DNA of 64,000 bases, taken from positions 5,493,750-5,557,749 of the forward strand of contig OZ220741.1 in the NCBI GenBank assembly GCA_965116885.1. The letters run 5' to 3'. Position numbers and translations under genes: made by a program. The notes beneath the pieces were generated by a model. That model was not told the DNA's origin. It was given only the letters and a program-made list of their open reading frames with translations, and searched no databases. Origin of the DNA: Candidatus Latescibacterota bacterium. GTDB taxonomy: Bacteria > Latescibacterota > UBA2968. Positions 30,042 to 39,557 of the stretch are shown piece after piece. How positions within the stretch are numbered: the first letter of the stretch is position 1; each line of letters opens with the position of its first letter.

Positions 30042-30161
30042 GTGTTTGGCCTTGAAATTCGCAAACCATCCAAAGAAACAGTCATAGGATTCATCGTCAC
30101 ATGGATCTGTGTAATCGGCATCATCTTTCTCACACTCGCCCTCGTCCGAATCGGTGCGTAA
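30042..30161 (+). CDS. 39-aa single-TM membrane protein
   Basis: GAGGAGG RBS then GTG: MFGLEIRKPSKETVIGFIVTWICVIGIIFLTLALVRIGA*; fills the gap between the GH and GNAT genes. Confidence 0.7.
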   Translation: MFGLEIRKPSKETVIGFIVTWICVIGIIFLTLALVRIGA

Positions 30162-30173
30162 AGGACTCATCCC

Positions 30174-30653
30174 ATGATCAGAAAATACCGCCCTGAAGAC
30201 CTCGACGCCCTCAAAGCAATCACCGTTATCTGTTTTGATGGGGTATCGATTGACCAGAACATCGAAAAAAACTTCGGTCAATTTGCCGACACAGATTGGC
30301 GAGCACGCAAAGCCAAACACATAGACGCGGACGTCGCCGCCAATGCCGACGGCATCTTCGTCTGGGAAGACGAAGGCAAAGTCGCGGCCTACATCACCAC
30401 GCGCATAGACCATGAAAGCAAAATAGGCGGCATACCCAACCTCGCCGTCTTGCCCGAATACCAGGGCAAAGGAATCGGCAAAGCATTGATGACAGCCGCC
30501 TTTGACTACTTTGAAGAACAGGGCATGGCCGTGGCAAAAATCGAAACCCTCGACCAGAACCCCGTTGGACAGAACTTTTATCCGCGCTCGGGCTTTACCG
30601 CAGTCGCCCGACAAATCCACTACGCAATGCCCATGAAAGATCGCAAAGTGTAG
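30174..30653 (+). CDS. GNAT family N-acetyltransferase
   Basis: LAVLPEYQGKGIGKALM motif A; FY...GF. Confidence 0.9.
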   Translation: MIRKYRPEDLDALKAITVICFDGVSIDQNIEKNFGQFADTDWRARKAKHIDADVAANADGIFVWEDEGKVAAYITTRIDHESKIGGIPNLAVLPEYQGKGIGKALMTAAFDYFEEQGMAVAKIETLDQNPVGQNFYPRSGFTAVARQIHYAMPMKDRKV

Positions 30654-30657
30654 CTCT

Positions 30658-31446
30658 TTATTCAGTCCTCCACACCGTCGGAAAGTGTTCCCCCCGCAAA
30701 ATCTCGCCATCTTCCACAGTCACAAATTCCTTCATCACGTGATTGCCGCTCGCATCGTAATACGTATCCTGCGTCATATAGTGAATCGCAATCGCGCGCC
30801 GGGGTCGCTTGCTGCGATTATCGTGCGAACCGTGCCAGGTCAGAGCGTGGTGATAATGAACCTCGCCCTTTTTCACCGGTCGGCGCACCACCGATATGGG
30901 ATGGCCTTCAAACTCTGACGGCATAGCACCAAAGTCCTTTACCTTCCTTACAAACGCAATCTGATTGCCCCACTTGTGCGAACCCGGCACCATACTCATA
31001 CACCCATTTTCCACATCCACATCGTCCAATGCCACCCACGCGCTCACCTCTGTCATCGGTCGAATAATCGGCCACAGCGGCGCGTCCTGATGCCATCCGG
31101 TCGTCCCCCCAATTTCAGCGGGCTTGTACTGAATCTGATCGTGCCAAATACGCAACTCCGTCGCCCCGGTCAACTGCGCCATTTCCTCCACAATTTTCTC
31201 TGAATACATCAAATCCCTGAACGCCTCGCTCGCCTCCCAGATATTCACAATCTGCCAGACCGGCGCCGAATCATCACCGCCCAAATTGCGCAACAAAACC
31301 GGCTGCGATACATCATCGCGGTCTTTACTCTCAATCACCCGGTACAACTCCTCGCGCAACACCTCAACCTGCGCGTCCTCCAGCACCGGACCCCCATTCA
31401 AAAACCCATTCTCGTGAAATTCCGCCACCTGCTCTTCTGTTAGCAT
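30658..31446 (-). CDS. PhyH family Fe/2OG dioxygenase
   Basis: WHQD, ENGCMSMVPGSH, TWHGS..N.S..PRRA. Confidence 0.9.
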   Translation of the reverse strand: MLTEEQVAEFHENGFLNGGPVLEDAQVEVLREELYRVIESKDRDDVSQPVLLRNLGGDDSAPVWQIVNIWEASEAFRDLMYSEKIVEEMAQLTGATELRIWHDQIQYKPAEIGGTTGWHQDAPLWPIIRPMTEVSAWVALDDVDVENGCMSMVPGSHKWGNQIAFVRKVKDFGAMPSEFEGHPISVVRRPVKKGEVHYHHALTWHGSHDNRSKRPRRAIAIHYMTQDTYYDASGNHVMKEFVTVEDGEILRGEHFPTVWRTE

Positions 31447-31497
31447 GATTCATCTCCTGAAAAAACATCCTTCACACTACGCCCTGCCGATGGGTGC

Positions 31498-31524
31498 GGG
31501 CGACCACAGGGGGTCGCCCCTACA
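31498..31524 (-). repeat. GTAG-type REP-like palindrome
   Basis: Minus strand reads GTAG-GGGCGACC-CCCTGT-GGTCGCCC in an intergenic space. Confidence 0.55.
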
Positions 31525-31558
31525 TTTCATACCAATCTGTCCTCAGTCCTTCTTTTTT

Positions 31559-31611
31559 ATCTGCGTTTATCTGCGAAAAACGCTCAAATTACTCGCGTTT
31601 TTTTCTGCGGA
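31559..31611 (+). repeat. ~53 bp intergenic element, repeated at 32904-32957
   Basis: ATCTG.GT.TATCTGCGAAAAACGCTCAAATTA.TCGCGTTTTTT(T)CTGCGGAT at both sites. Confidence 0.85.
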
Positions 31612-32844
31612 TCATACCAAATTCCCCTCTGCCCGGCTATTTCTCCCCACAACAGCAACAGCTTTATCCATCCCCACACACAAATTACCACTAATCAAGT
31701 TATAGTCGCTCTCACCACTCTCCTCAATACCCTTCAACTGCGTCGGCTTCTCCTGATCATCAGCGCACCGATTGCCCTGCACAATCGAATGCGTCAAATC
31801 GTGCACGCGGATACCGGGATATTTCCCCTTCTCCGCCCGAGAATTGCTCAGCAACAAATTCCCCGTAATCACCTGCTCATCCCCTCTATTGGCATCTATC
31901 CCACACATCCCATTGTACGAACACACATTATTACTCACAATATTGTGGTGATCCCCGCCATTTGCCACACCGCCAATCCCGTGTTGTCCATTTTCGGAAA
32001 ACACGCTATCGCTACACACCGAATGATGCACCCGCGCACAAAAATAATACCCATCGCCCCCATTTCCCTTCCCGATATTGTGCGACCACACACTGCGCGC
32101 CAACCCCGTTCCGGGATGAAATCCATGCCCGCGACACCCGTGAGCCTGACAATGCGCCACCTGGGCATCGCAACCGCGCTGAATCCCAAACCCATCGCTG
32201 GGCCATCCAAACACCGAACAATTCAGAACCCGCACGCGCTCACACCCCACAATATGCATTGCCGAATACGTAAAATCCCACCAATCACCCTCGTAATCTT
32301 CGGGACCCTTAATCGTCAAATCCCGTATCTCAATATCCGTCTCGTTCTCTGCCCATATACAGGGAAACAGATTCACCACCCGGGCATTGTCTCGCGCCAA
32401 CAACCGCCGATTAAACGGCACACTCATCCACACGCGATTGCCCACAACCCGCTCAACCTCCCCGTGCGTACCCCACCACCCCCTGTGCTTATCGTCGCAA
32501 ACCCCAATCCCCTCACCCACGCGAAAAGGCGGCCTGGTCTTACAGGTCAACACCCGACCGCCTTTGCGAATATCCTTTGCCAGATAAGCCACCTGCAAAG
32601 GCCGAATCTTCAACACAGTCGCCGGCCCATCGCCGACCAAACTCACCCGACTGGGCACGTACAGCGTCTTCCGCAAAAGATACGTACCCGCCGGAACACG
32701 CACCCTACCCCCGCTCTCTGGCAAAGAGGCAACCGCGTCTTCCAACCCACAGGTCATCGACTCCCGATCAAAAAAATCCGCAGCATTCACCTCATCTCGC
32801 GGCGCATCGGGCAACGGAATCTCTCTCGCTGGCATAGCAGGCAT
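31612..32844 (-). CDS. Right-handed parallel beta-helix protein (pectate lyase-like fold)
   Basis: GGRVRVPAGTY..., repeated GN/NN...G(I/F) beta-helix coils; no signal peptide. Confidence 0.8.
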   Translation of the reverse strand: MPAMPAREIPLPDAPRDEVNAADFFDRESMTCGLEDAVASLPESGGRVRVPAGTYLLRKTLYVPSRVSLVGDGPATVLKIRPLQVAYLAKDIRKGGRVLTCKTRPPFRVGEGIGVCDDKHRGWWGTHGEVERVVGNRVWMSVPFNRRLLARDNARVVNLFPCIWAENETDIEIRDLTIKGPEDYEGDWWDFTYSAMHIVGCERVRVLNCSVFGWPSDGFGIQRGCDAQVAHCQAHGCRGHGFHPGTGLARSVWSHNIGKGNGGDGYYFCARVHHSVCSDSVFSENGQHGIGGVANGGDHHNIVSNNVCSYNGMCGIDANRGDEQVITGNLLLSNSRAEKGKYPGIRVHDLTHSIVQGNRCADDQEKPTQLKGIEESGESDYNLISGNLCVGMDKAVAVVGRNSRAEGNLV

Positions 32845-32966
32845 AACATTATCCTCCTGATTCTTTCAAGCACTCTCCAAAAACACCGTCGTATCCGCCT
32901 TTCATCTGTGTCTATCTGCGAAAAACGCTCAAATTATTCGCGTTTTTTTCTGCGGATGACATGTCT

Positions 32967-33686
32967 TTACGCACTCTCCAAAAACACCGTCACCCCCATA
33001 TCGGCGTATTTCTCGCGCGTATCCGGTGTGCGGTTGCGATGACAGACCGCTACGCCAGTCCCTTCCAAAGACCTGCACAAATACGCGATCGTATCATCCA
33101 CAGACTTCAACCAGTGCTGCGGATGTGCCTTAATACTCATAGACAAATCCGTCGGACCCATCGACAAACAATCCACACCCGCCTTCGCGAGCAAATGCCC
33201 GCGCGTTGCGGCCTCTACCGACTCAATTTGCAACCACAAGATCCCAAAACTATTCCACCAATCGGCGTACTCCTCCGTAGTTTTATCTTCCGCGCCTCGC
33301 CGATGCCCCCCGCCAAAACTGCGCCCTCCAGCCGGTGGATAATAAAAATAATGCAACGCATCATCAACCGTCTCTTCCAACTCGGTCTGCGGAATCTCAA
33401 TCCCACACGGACCCAAATCGAGATAATTGCCAATCAAATAGGCATTGCGCGTGTGTTTGATCCGAAACTGCACGAACACATCGCGCTCGGCAGCCATATC
33501 GCAAAACGCCGCAATGCGCTCTTCGCTCAACGGCGTATGCTGGCTGTCAATAGACACGAAATCGTAATCATCTCCATCCATAATCTGATCAAACCGATCC
33601 GGCGGTGTATTCGGTGCCATAGACACGCCAATAATGCGTTCACCATTGCGATATTTTTGTTTCAGTCCAATTGCATTTTCAAACAT
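32967..33686 (-). CDS. HpcH/HpaI aldolase family protein
   Basis: IDSQHTP, YYPPAGGRS, LQIES, MGPTDLS. Confidence 0.85.
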   Translation of the reverse strand: MFENAIGLKQKYRNGERIIGVSMAPNTPPDRFDQIMDGDDYDFVSIDSQHTPLSEERIAAFCDMAAERDVFVQFRIKHTRNAYLIGNYLDLGPCGIEIPQTELEETVDDALHYFYYPPAGGRSFGGGHRRGAEDKTTEEYADWWNSFGILWLQIESVEAATRGHLLAKAGVDCLSMGPTDLSMSIKAHPQHWLKSVDDTIAYLCRSLEGTGVAVCHRNRTPDTREKYADMGVTVFLESA

Positions 33687-33688
33687 AA

Positions 33689-34933
33689 TTATCTCCTCTC
33701 CCATTCTCGAAGTTTATCTGCATTCTCGCGCACCTTGACAAATGCGCGCGACATATCCCGCATCCGCGTCTCAGAAGCCAGCAAAGCCCTCTGGCTTATC
33801 GACAGCCGCTCCTTGCAATACTGCTCAACCTTTGGCAAGTGCAACGAGCGATAATCCTGCGCCGCATCTGTCCACGCAAAAGGCGTATAATCGCGGGCTT
33901 TCCAATCCTCTTGAAAAACCGGATGTTTGTAAACCGGCGTCTCGTATCCCGTACTCACCGGCACCCCTTCAGCGCGTATCGCCCTGACAAATGCATCGCG
34001 AGAAATGCCCTCAAACGCCTCGGATAAATACCTCGCACCATACACATGCCAGTTGACGCAGGTCGCATCTTCCAATCGGTGAATCGGCTCAATACCCTCA
34101 ACCTCCGACAACGTGCGCGTCAACATCGCCCCATTTTGTTCGCGGATCTCCGTATGCTCGGGAATGCGCTTCAACTGGCACAACAAGACCGCAGCGACAA
34201 ATTCCGTCATCCGATGATTGCCGCCCCATTGTCGAGATTCCTCCGTACGACCATACCGCGACCGCCCCACATTGACCGCACAGCCAATCGCATCGGCAAC
34301 TGCCTCGTCATTGGTCAGGGCAATGCCCCCATCTCCACCCGTCATATTTTTGCTCTGCTGAAAAGAAAATCCCGAAGCCAGTCCCCAACTGCCCAGCCCG
34401 CGATCCCGATAAGTCGATCCCCACCCGTGCGCCGCATCTTCTAAAATCGCGAGATTGTGTCGCTCGGCAATATCCAACAACCGCTGGAGATCACACGCCA
34501 ACCCACCAAAATGCACCGGCATAATCCCCTTCGTACGATCTGTAATAAGGCTCTCCACCTCCGCCACATCGAGATTATTGGTATCCGGATCTATATCGCA
34601 AAAAACAACCGTAGCACCTGCTTTTAGAATCCCCGAACACGTACCGATAAATGTATAGGCACTCGTAATCACCTCATCGCCTACACCAATACCCGCCCCG
34701 CGACAAATCATCTCCAGAGCCACCGTGCCACCCGTACACGCAATCCCGTATTTCGCATCTTGAAATGCCGCAAATGTCTCTTCAAACTCCTGGCACTTCG
34801 AGGAATTGTACCACGCCCGACTCTCCAGCACCTCAATAAGCGCATCTCTTTCGGCCACATCGTACATCGGCCATGAAATATCATCCTTTTCTTTAACCTC
34901 ACGCTCGCCACCCAACAGTGCTAACTCTGCCAT
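33689..34933 (-). CDS. DegT/DnrJ/EryC1/StrS PLP-dependent aminotransferase
   Basis: GDEVITSAYTF, PVHFGG, EDAAHGWG, FSFQQSKNMTGGDGG. Confidence 0.9.
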   Translation of the reverse strand: MAELALLGGEREVKEKDDISWPMYDVAERDALIEVLESRAWYNSSKCQEFEETFAAFQDAKYGIACTGGTVALEMICRGAGIGVGDEVITSAYTFIGTCSGILKAGATVVFCDIDPDTNNLDVAEVESLITDRTKGIMPVHFGGLACDLQRLLDIAERHNLAILEDAAHGWGSTYRDRGLGSWGLASGFSFQQSKNMTGGDGGIALTNDEAVADAIGCAVNVGRSRYGRTEESRQWGGNHRMTEFVAAVLLCQLKRIPEHTEIREQNGAMLTRTLSEVEGIEPIHRLEDATCVNWHVYGARYLSEAFEGISRDAFVRAIRAEGVPVSTGYETPVYKHPVFQEDWKARDYTPFAWTDAAQDYRSLHLPKVEQYCKERLSISQRALLASETRMRDMSRAFVKVRENADKLREWERR

Positions 34934-34947
34934 ATTTCCCTCCTTGA

Positions 34948-35436
34948 TCAATCTCGCTGCAAACATTCGACCAGCAGGTCCAATGCTTCGCGGGCAAACA
35001 CCTCCATATTCTCGCCCCGTTTATCGCTGCCCGTTGCGATCGCAATCGCTCGCTCGGCATCTGGCCCCACAACGCCGATACACGTATGGCCGGGCGGATC
35101 GCCGTACCGATTTCCCGTCGGACCAGCCGCACCCGTCTCGCCAATACCCCAGTCCGCCCCCAAACGCTCGCGCGCAGCGCGTGCCAGATGCAGGGCATGC
35201 GTCTTTGTCGCGGCCCTCGCCTCGCCCATTGCCGCATCGGAAACAGCCATCAATATTTGCTTGGAATCACCCGTATAACACACCCCACCGCCCTTAAAAT
35301 AAGCCGACGCCCCCGGCACAGCCAAAAGAGCTGCAGAAATGATGCCACCCGCCGAAGACTCGGCCACCGCCACGGTCTGCCCCTTTTCTTTTAACAATGC
35401 ACCCACATCTGCGGCCATTGTCTTAAAATCCGCCAT
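34948..35436 (-). CDS. CinA C-terminal/PncC (NMN deamidase) family protein
   Basis: AVAESSAGG, VPGASAYFKGG, ETGAAGPTG. Confidence 0.85.
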   Translation of the reverse strand: MADFKTMAADVGALLKEKGQTVAVAESSAGGIISAALLAVPGASAYFKGGGVCYTGDSKQILMAVSDAAMGEARAATKTHALHLARAARERLGADWGIGETGAAGPTGNRYGDPPGHTCIGVVGPDAERAIAIATGSDKRGENMEVFAREALDLLVECLQRD

Positions 35437-35526
35437 ATTAAACCTCTATAGTTTTGGTGATTGAGTATGTACTGAAGGCATAACAATATGCACTTGTGCC
35501 ACGGCATCTACATACCATTTAGCCGT

Positions 35527-37311
35527 TCATCTGCGTTCATCTGCGTAATCTGCGGATGCTTTTCTATCCCCCACCGGAGCCTCAACGCGAACCGTTACAA
35601 TATCCGCATCGTGATATTGCTGGTGGCGCACAGACGACGCGAAATGCTGAAGCAAGCGCAGCGAGATCTCATGCTCTACTGGCATCTCGTCTGTATGTTC
35701 TCTGAGATAGGCCAGGCGGTCTTCAATATTCCCCTCACCTGTCGAAGCGATAAACTCGAGTTCCGCGCCATTGTTTCCATCGCTGCGAACAATCAGAAGC
35801 AGGCGTTTCTTCGCTTGTTCGCCCTCCCCTTGCTGAATGAGAATCAGAAGGGTTTCTTCGGCAGACAGACACAGCCGATTTGTCATCTCGGCATTCCACC
35901 CCCTGCGCGAGGCGAATTTTTCGAGAAACGCCACAATCTCTGGCAAAGCCTCGACAGCGAGCGCGGCCTCCAGGCGCTGTCGGCGCGGGGCTGTCAACTC
36001 CATAAACAACGTCAAAAAAATCGCCGTAAGGCCACCGGACGTCATGCCATTGCCAAGCAGTGACCCCCACCACTCGCCGAGATAGTCCGCAAAAATCGCC
36101 TGATTCTGGAAGCCTACGCCAATCCAGAACGCGGTCCCCGCAATCAGCGCCTTGCGATAATCCACACCATCCTGCACGATGATCCGCATACCCACGACAA
36201 AAAGCAGTGCCAGCAACACGATCACATAAGCCCCAACCACGGGATTGGGGATAGCCAGAAGAAGTGCCGCCACCTTGGGCAGAAAGGACGCCACCACAAA
36301 TACAATGCCAATACACACGCCGACGCCGCGTGCGGCAACGCCGGTGAGTTCTGTGAGCGAAACACTGGACGAATAGGTCGTATTGGGAACAGTTCCTGCA
36401 ATACCAGAAAGCAGATTGCCCACGCCATCTGCGGTAACTGCACCCTGTACTACGCGAAAATCGGACGCCCGTGGCGTGCGCCACGAAACCTTCTGGATAG
36501 CGATAGAATCGCCAATTGTTTCGATCGCACCGACCAGGGTCACAAATATGAAGGCGGGAAGAAGCGACCAGAAAACAGGGCCAAAGCCGAGATCCAAACC
36601 CGGCCAACCGCCCGCTTCGGGAATCCCTATCCAAGGCGCTTGGATAACGCGCTGAATATCGTACAGCCCAAAAAATGAGGCGACAACACATCCCACAACG
36701 ATTCCGATGATCGGCACCCAAAGACGCCACATCCCCGAAACCCGCAGCGCGAGCACCACCACAAAGATCAGCGTCACGACCGCACACACCGGCGCGGCCT
36801 CTACCGGCGTTCCCTCGGGCACATCCGCCAACATATCAAAGACAATCGGCATCACGGTCACCGCGATCAGCATGATCACCGTTCCAGCCACGGTTGGCGT
36901 AATGATTCGCCGCAACAATGAGAGCCGCGTCGAGAGCGCGAATTGGAACAACGACGAAATAATGACCAGAGTTGCGAGCATCGCTGGCCCACCCTTGACA
37001 AGTGCCGTCACACAAACCGCGATAAACGCGCCAGAAGTACCCATAAGAAGCACGTAACCAGCACCAATGCGCCAAACGCGCACAGCCTGTAATATCGTCG
37101 TTATCCCGCTGACCATCAGCGCGGCAAAAACCGCCCACGACAAAAAAGGCTCGCCCCCACCCGCGGCCCTCACCACGATGAGCGGCGTGATCACAATGCC
37201 CGCTATACAAAGCAGCGCAGCCTGAAACCCAAGTGCGAAAGTAATAGTATTTGGAGGCTGCTCATCGGGTTCGTAAAGTACTCTTTGACTACCGTCTTCA
37301 GATTGCATCAT
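35527..37311 (-). CDS. NCS2 xanthine/uracil permease with an extra soluble C-terminal domain
   Basis: LALGFQ-like N-terminus, SGITTILQ, ETIGD, ADG.GNLL, PNTTYS signature; ~150 aa hydrophilic extension. Confidence 0.85.
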   Translation of the reverse strand: MMQSEDGSQRVLYEPDEQPPNTITFALGFQAALLCIAGIVITPLIVVRAAGGGEPFLSWAVFAALMVSGITTILQAVRVWRIGAGYVLLMGTSGAFIAVCVTALVKGGPAMLATLVIISSLFQFALSTRLSLLRRIITPTVAGTVIMLIAVTVMPIVFDMLADVPEGTPVEAAPVCAVVTLIFVVVLALRVSGMWRLWVPIIGIVVGCVVASFFGLYDIQRVIQAPWIGIPEAGGWPGLDLGFGPVFWSLLPAFIFVTLVGAIETIGDSIAIQKVSWRTPRASDFRVVQGAVTADGVGNLLSGIAGTVPNTTYSSSVSLTELTGVAARGVGVCIGIVFVVASFLPKVAALLLAIPNPVVGAYVIVLLALLFVVGMRIIVQDGVDYRKALIAGTAFWIGVGFQNQAIFADYLGEWWGSLLGNGMTSGGLTAIFLTLFMELTAPRRQRLEAALAVEALPEIVAFLEKFASRRGWNAEMTNRLCLSAEETLLILIQQGEGEQAKKRLLLIVRSDGNNGAELEFIASTGEGNIEDRLAYLREHTDEMPVEHEISLRLLQHFASSVRHQQYHDADIVTVRVEAPVGDRKASADYADERR

Positions 37312-37323
37312 TCAAATCCCTTC

Positions 37324-38328
37324 TTAATACGATGTCAACAACTCATTGCCATAAGCAAATAGCGCAGGCGTCCCACCCGTATGCACAAATACAACCGTCT
37401 GATCCCTGCGATACCATCCCTCGCGGATATGCTCAATCATTGCACCATACGTTTTGCCCGCATAAACGGGATCGAGCAATAACCCTTCGGTTTGCGCGGC
37501 CAACAAAACGGCCTCTCGCGCCCCTGGCGTCAGGACCCCATAAGCTGGCCCCGCGTACTTGCCATAACTCTCAAATTCACCCGCTGTAAAACTCAGATCC
37601 AAATTCAAAATTTTGCACACCTCATTTGCAACCTCGGCGAGTTGCACATTCTTTTTTTCATCGTCCTGTGGACTCGGACTTATGCCAATAATCCGCACAT
37701 CAACACCCAGTGCTTTTGCCCCAACGACAAGCCCGGTATGCGTATGCACGCCCGCACACACATAGATGGCATCGGGTATCACATCCATAGCCTGCATCTG
37801 CTCCCACAATTCCAAAAACCCATCTACATAGGACACGCTGCGATAATAATACCCATCCGAACTCGTGTTATAGACCCTGTGTCCATCGGCCTTTAACTTT
37901 TCAATAACAGCTACCTTCTCCTGCGCGCTCTCAATCAAATGCACCTCTGCGCCAAACAGATGCGTGAGCAGCAAATTGCCATTCACGGGATCTGCGTGGT
38001 CATCCTTGCGCCCCACCATCACCGCCTTCAGACCCAACCTCGCCGCAACCGCTGCGGTCAACCGCGATTGATTCGACTGCGATGCCGCGCCGTGAAGCAA
38101 CACATCATACCCTTCATCCACAGCGGGTGCCACGGAATATTCAAACTCGCGCACCTTATTCCCCCCAAACGCCAACCCCGTCTGATCCTCGCGCTTGACC
38201 AGAATGCGCGGACCGCCCAACTTTGCCGCCAACCTCGGGCAATCCATCAACGGCGTGGGCAAATCGGCAAGCGACAATCGGCTGCACGTCCCCAACGCCT
38301 CTCGGACCTCTCGAATCGAATAACTCAA
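37324..38328 (-). CDS. D-cysteine desulfhydrase/ACC deaminase family PLP enzyme
   Basis: PTPL, KREDQTGLAFGGNKVR, QSN, LLDPVYAGK, FVHTGG. Confidence 0.88.
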   Translation of the reverse strand: MSYSIREVREALGTCSRLSLADLPTPLMDCPRLAAKLGGPRILVKREDQTGLAFGGNKVREFEYSVAPAVDEGYDVLLHGAASQSNQSRLTAAVAARLGLKAVMVGRKDDHADPVNGNLLLTHLFGAEVHLIESAQEKVAVIEKLKADGHRVYNTSSDGYYYRSVSYVDGFLELWEQMQAMDVIPDAIYVCAGVHTHTGLVVGAKALGVDVRIIGISPSPQDDEKKNVQLAEVANEVCKILNLDLSFTAGEFESYGKYAGPAYGVLTPGAREAVLLAAQTEGLLLDPVYAGKTYGAMIEHIREGWYRRDQTVVFVHTGGTPALFAYGNELLTSY

Positions 38329-38345
38329 GGGTATCGCTCCTCTTT

Positions 38346-39392
38346 TTAATTTTCTAACTCAACCGCCTGAAGCAGGGCTTTAATAAAGCCAAATTGAAAG
38401 GCAAATGCCTGCTCGAAATGCCCTTGTGCAGTGTGTCCGGGCGCGTGATCGGGAACAATCATGTGCGGATAGCCCACCTCCTTGAGCGCTTTCATCAGCA
38501 CAAACATATTCATATCGCCCTCATCGGGATAAACCTCCTGAAACTTATTGCGCCCACCCGTAATATTGCGAAAATGGATGAGATGAATTTTTTTTCTCTC
38601 CCCAAAATAGCGAATAATATCGGCCACCTCATTGCGCGGATCCACAACGCTCTCCGCCATGCAGCCGAGACAGAGATTGAGACCGTGATAAGGACTTGGA
38701 CAAATATCGATAAAACTCTTGAACCCATCGTATCCACCCAACACGCGATCAACACTCTTATAACCCGGCGGCAACCAGGGATCGCACGGGTGACAGGCCA
38801 TACGCACCTTGCATTCGGTGGCAACGGGAATAACGCGCTCCAAAAAGAAAGTGACATATTCCCAATTCTGTTCCGCTGTAACCGGTTCATCATACCGCGG
38901 CTTATCCGCATCGGCCTTAGACAAGTCCCACGTGGAATAGCGTATGCCCCCCCGCCCGAGCGGAACGCTTTCCGTGCGTTGATTTTCCATCTCGCAGAGA
39001 AAATACTTCAGCGCGGGAATACCCGCATCTGCAGCAGCGCGCACCATATCGCAGGCAATCTCGATTTCTTTTTCACCATCCTTCATATTCCCGCGCATAA
39101 ACTCGGGCACAAAACTGCCATCGACATTGAGATGTTGCACCGGCAATGCCACCATCTCCACGGTAATGCCGTGTTTTGCCGCCTTTTCTTTTTTTTCTAC
39201 AATCTCTTCCACTGTCCAGCCGCGACTGGGGTCTGGCGTAATTTCTCTGGCATCGTTGAGCGCCATATTTGTAACACCACACCGAGCGAGAAATTCGAGA
39301 TGCTCATCCGACGTAGAAAAACGCTGTGTACCAATGTGCATGTGCGGGTTCTCCGGATCCCATTCTGCGCCTGCATACATTTCGGCTGCCAT
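38346..39392 (-). CDS. Mannonate dehydratase (UxuA-like)
   Basis: FLERVIPVA, HPCDP, GLNLCLG, IHFRNI, DEGDMNM, PDHAP. Confidence 0.8.
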   Translation of the reverse strand: MAAEMYAGAEWDPENPHMHIGTQRFSTSDEHLEFLARCGVTNMALNDAREITPDPSRGWTVEEIVEKKEKAAKHGITVEMVALPVQHLNVDGSFVPEFMRGNMKDGEKEIEIACDMVRAAADAGIPALKYFLCEMENQRTESVPLGRGGIRYSTWDLSKADADKPRYDEPVTAEQNWEYVTFFLERVIPVATECKVRMACHPCDPWLPPGYKSVDRVLGGYDGFKSFIDICPSPYHGLNLCLGCMAESVVDPRNEVADIIRYFGERKKIHLIHFRNITGGRNKFQEVYPDEGDMNMFVLMKALKEVGYPHMIVPDHAPGHTAQGHFEQAFAFQFGFIKALLQAVELEN

Positions 39393-39557
39393 GGTAATTC
39401 TCCTGTAATTTTTAATTTTTAATTCCTAATTCCTAATCTTAATTTTTCATGATAATGCAAGAATTTCTGGATAGCAACATGATTGGGGATTGTGAGACGT
39501 GTAAAATTGTGGTATCTTCTCACCCCTCAAGCCCACCCTCAGAAACAGGAGCTTCTT

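Noticed and set aside
30021..30710. 229-aa minus-strand ORF
   Set aside because: Antisense to the GNAT gene and the 39-aa ORF, both of which have RBSs.
31789..33042. 417-aa plus-strand ORF, and similar long antisense ORFs at 23384-24433, 25648-26706 and 38394-39422
   Set aside because: Shadows of well-supported genes on the opposite strand, with no recognisable motifs.
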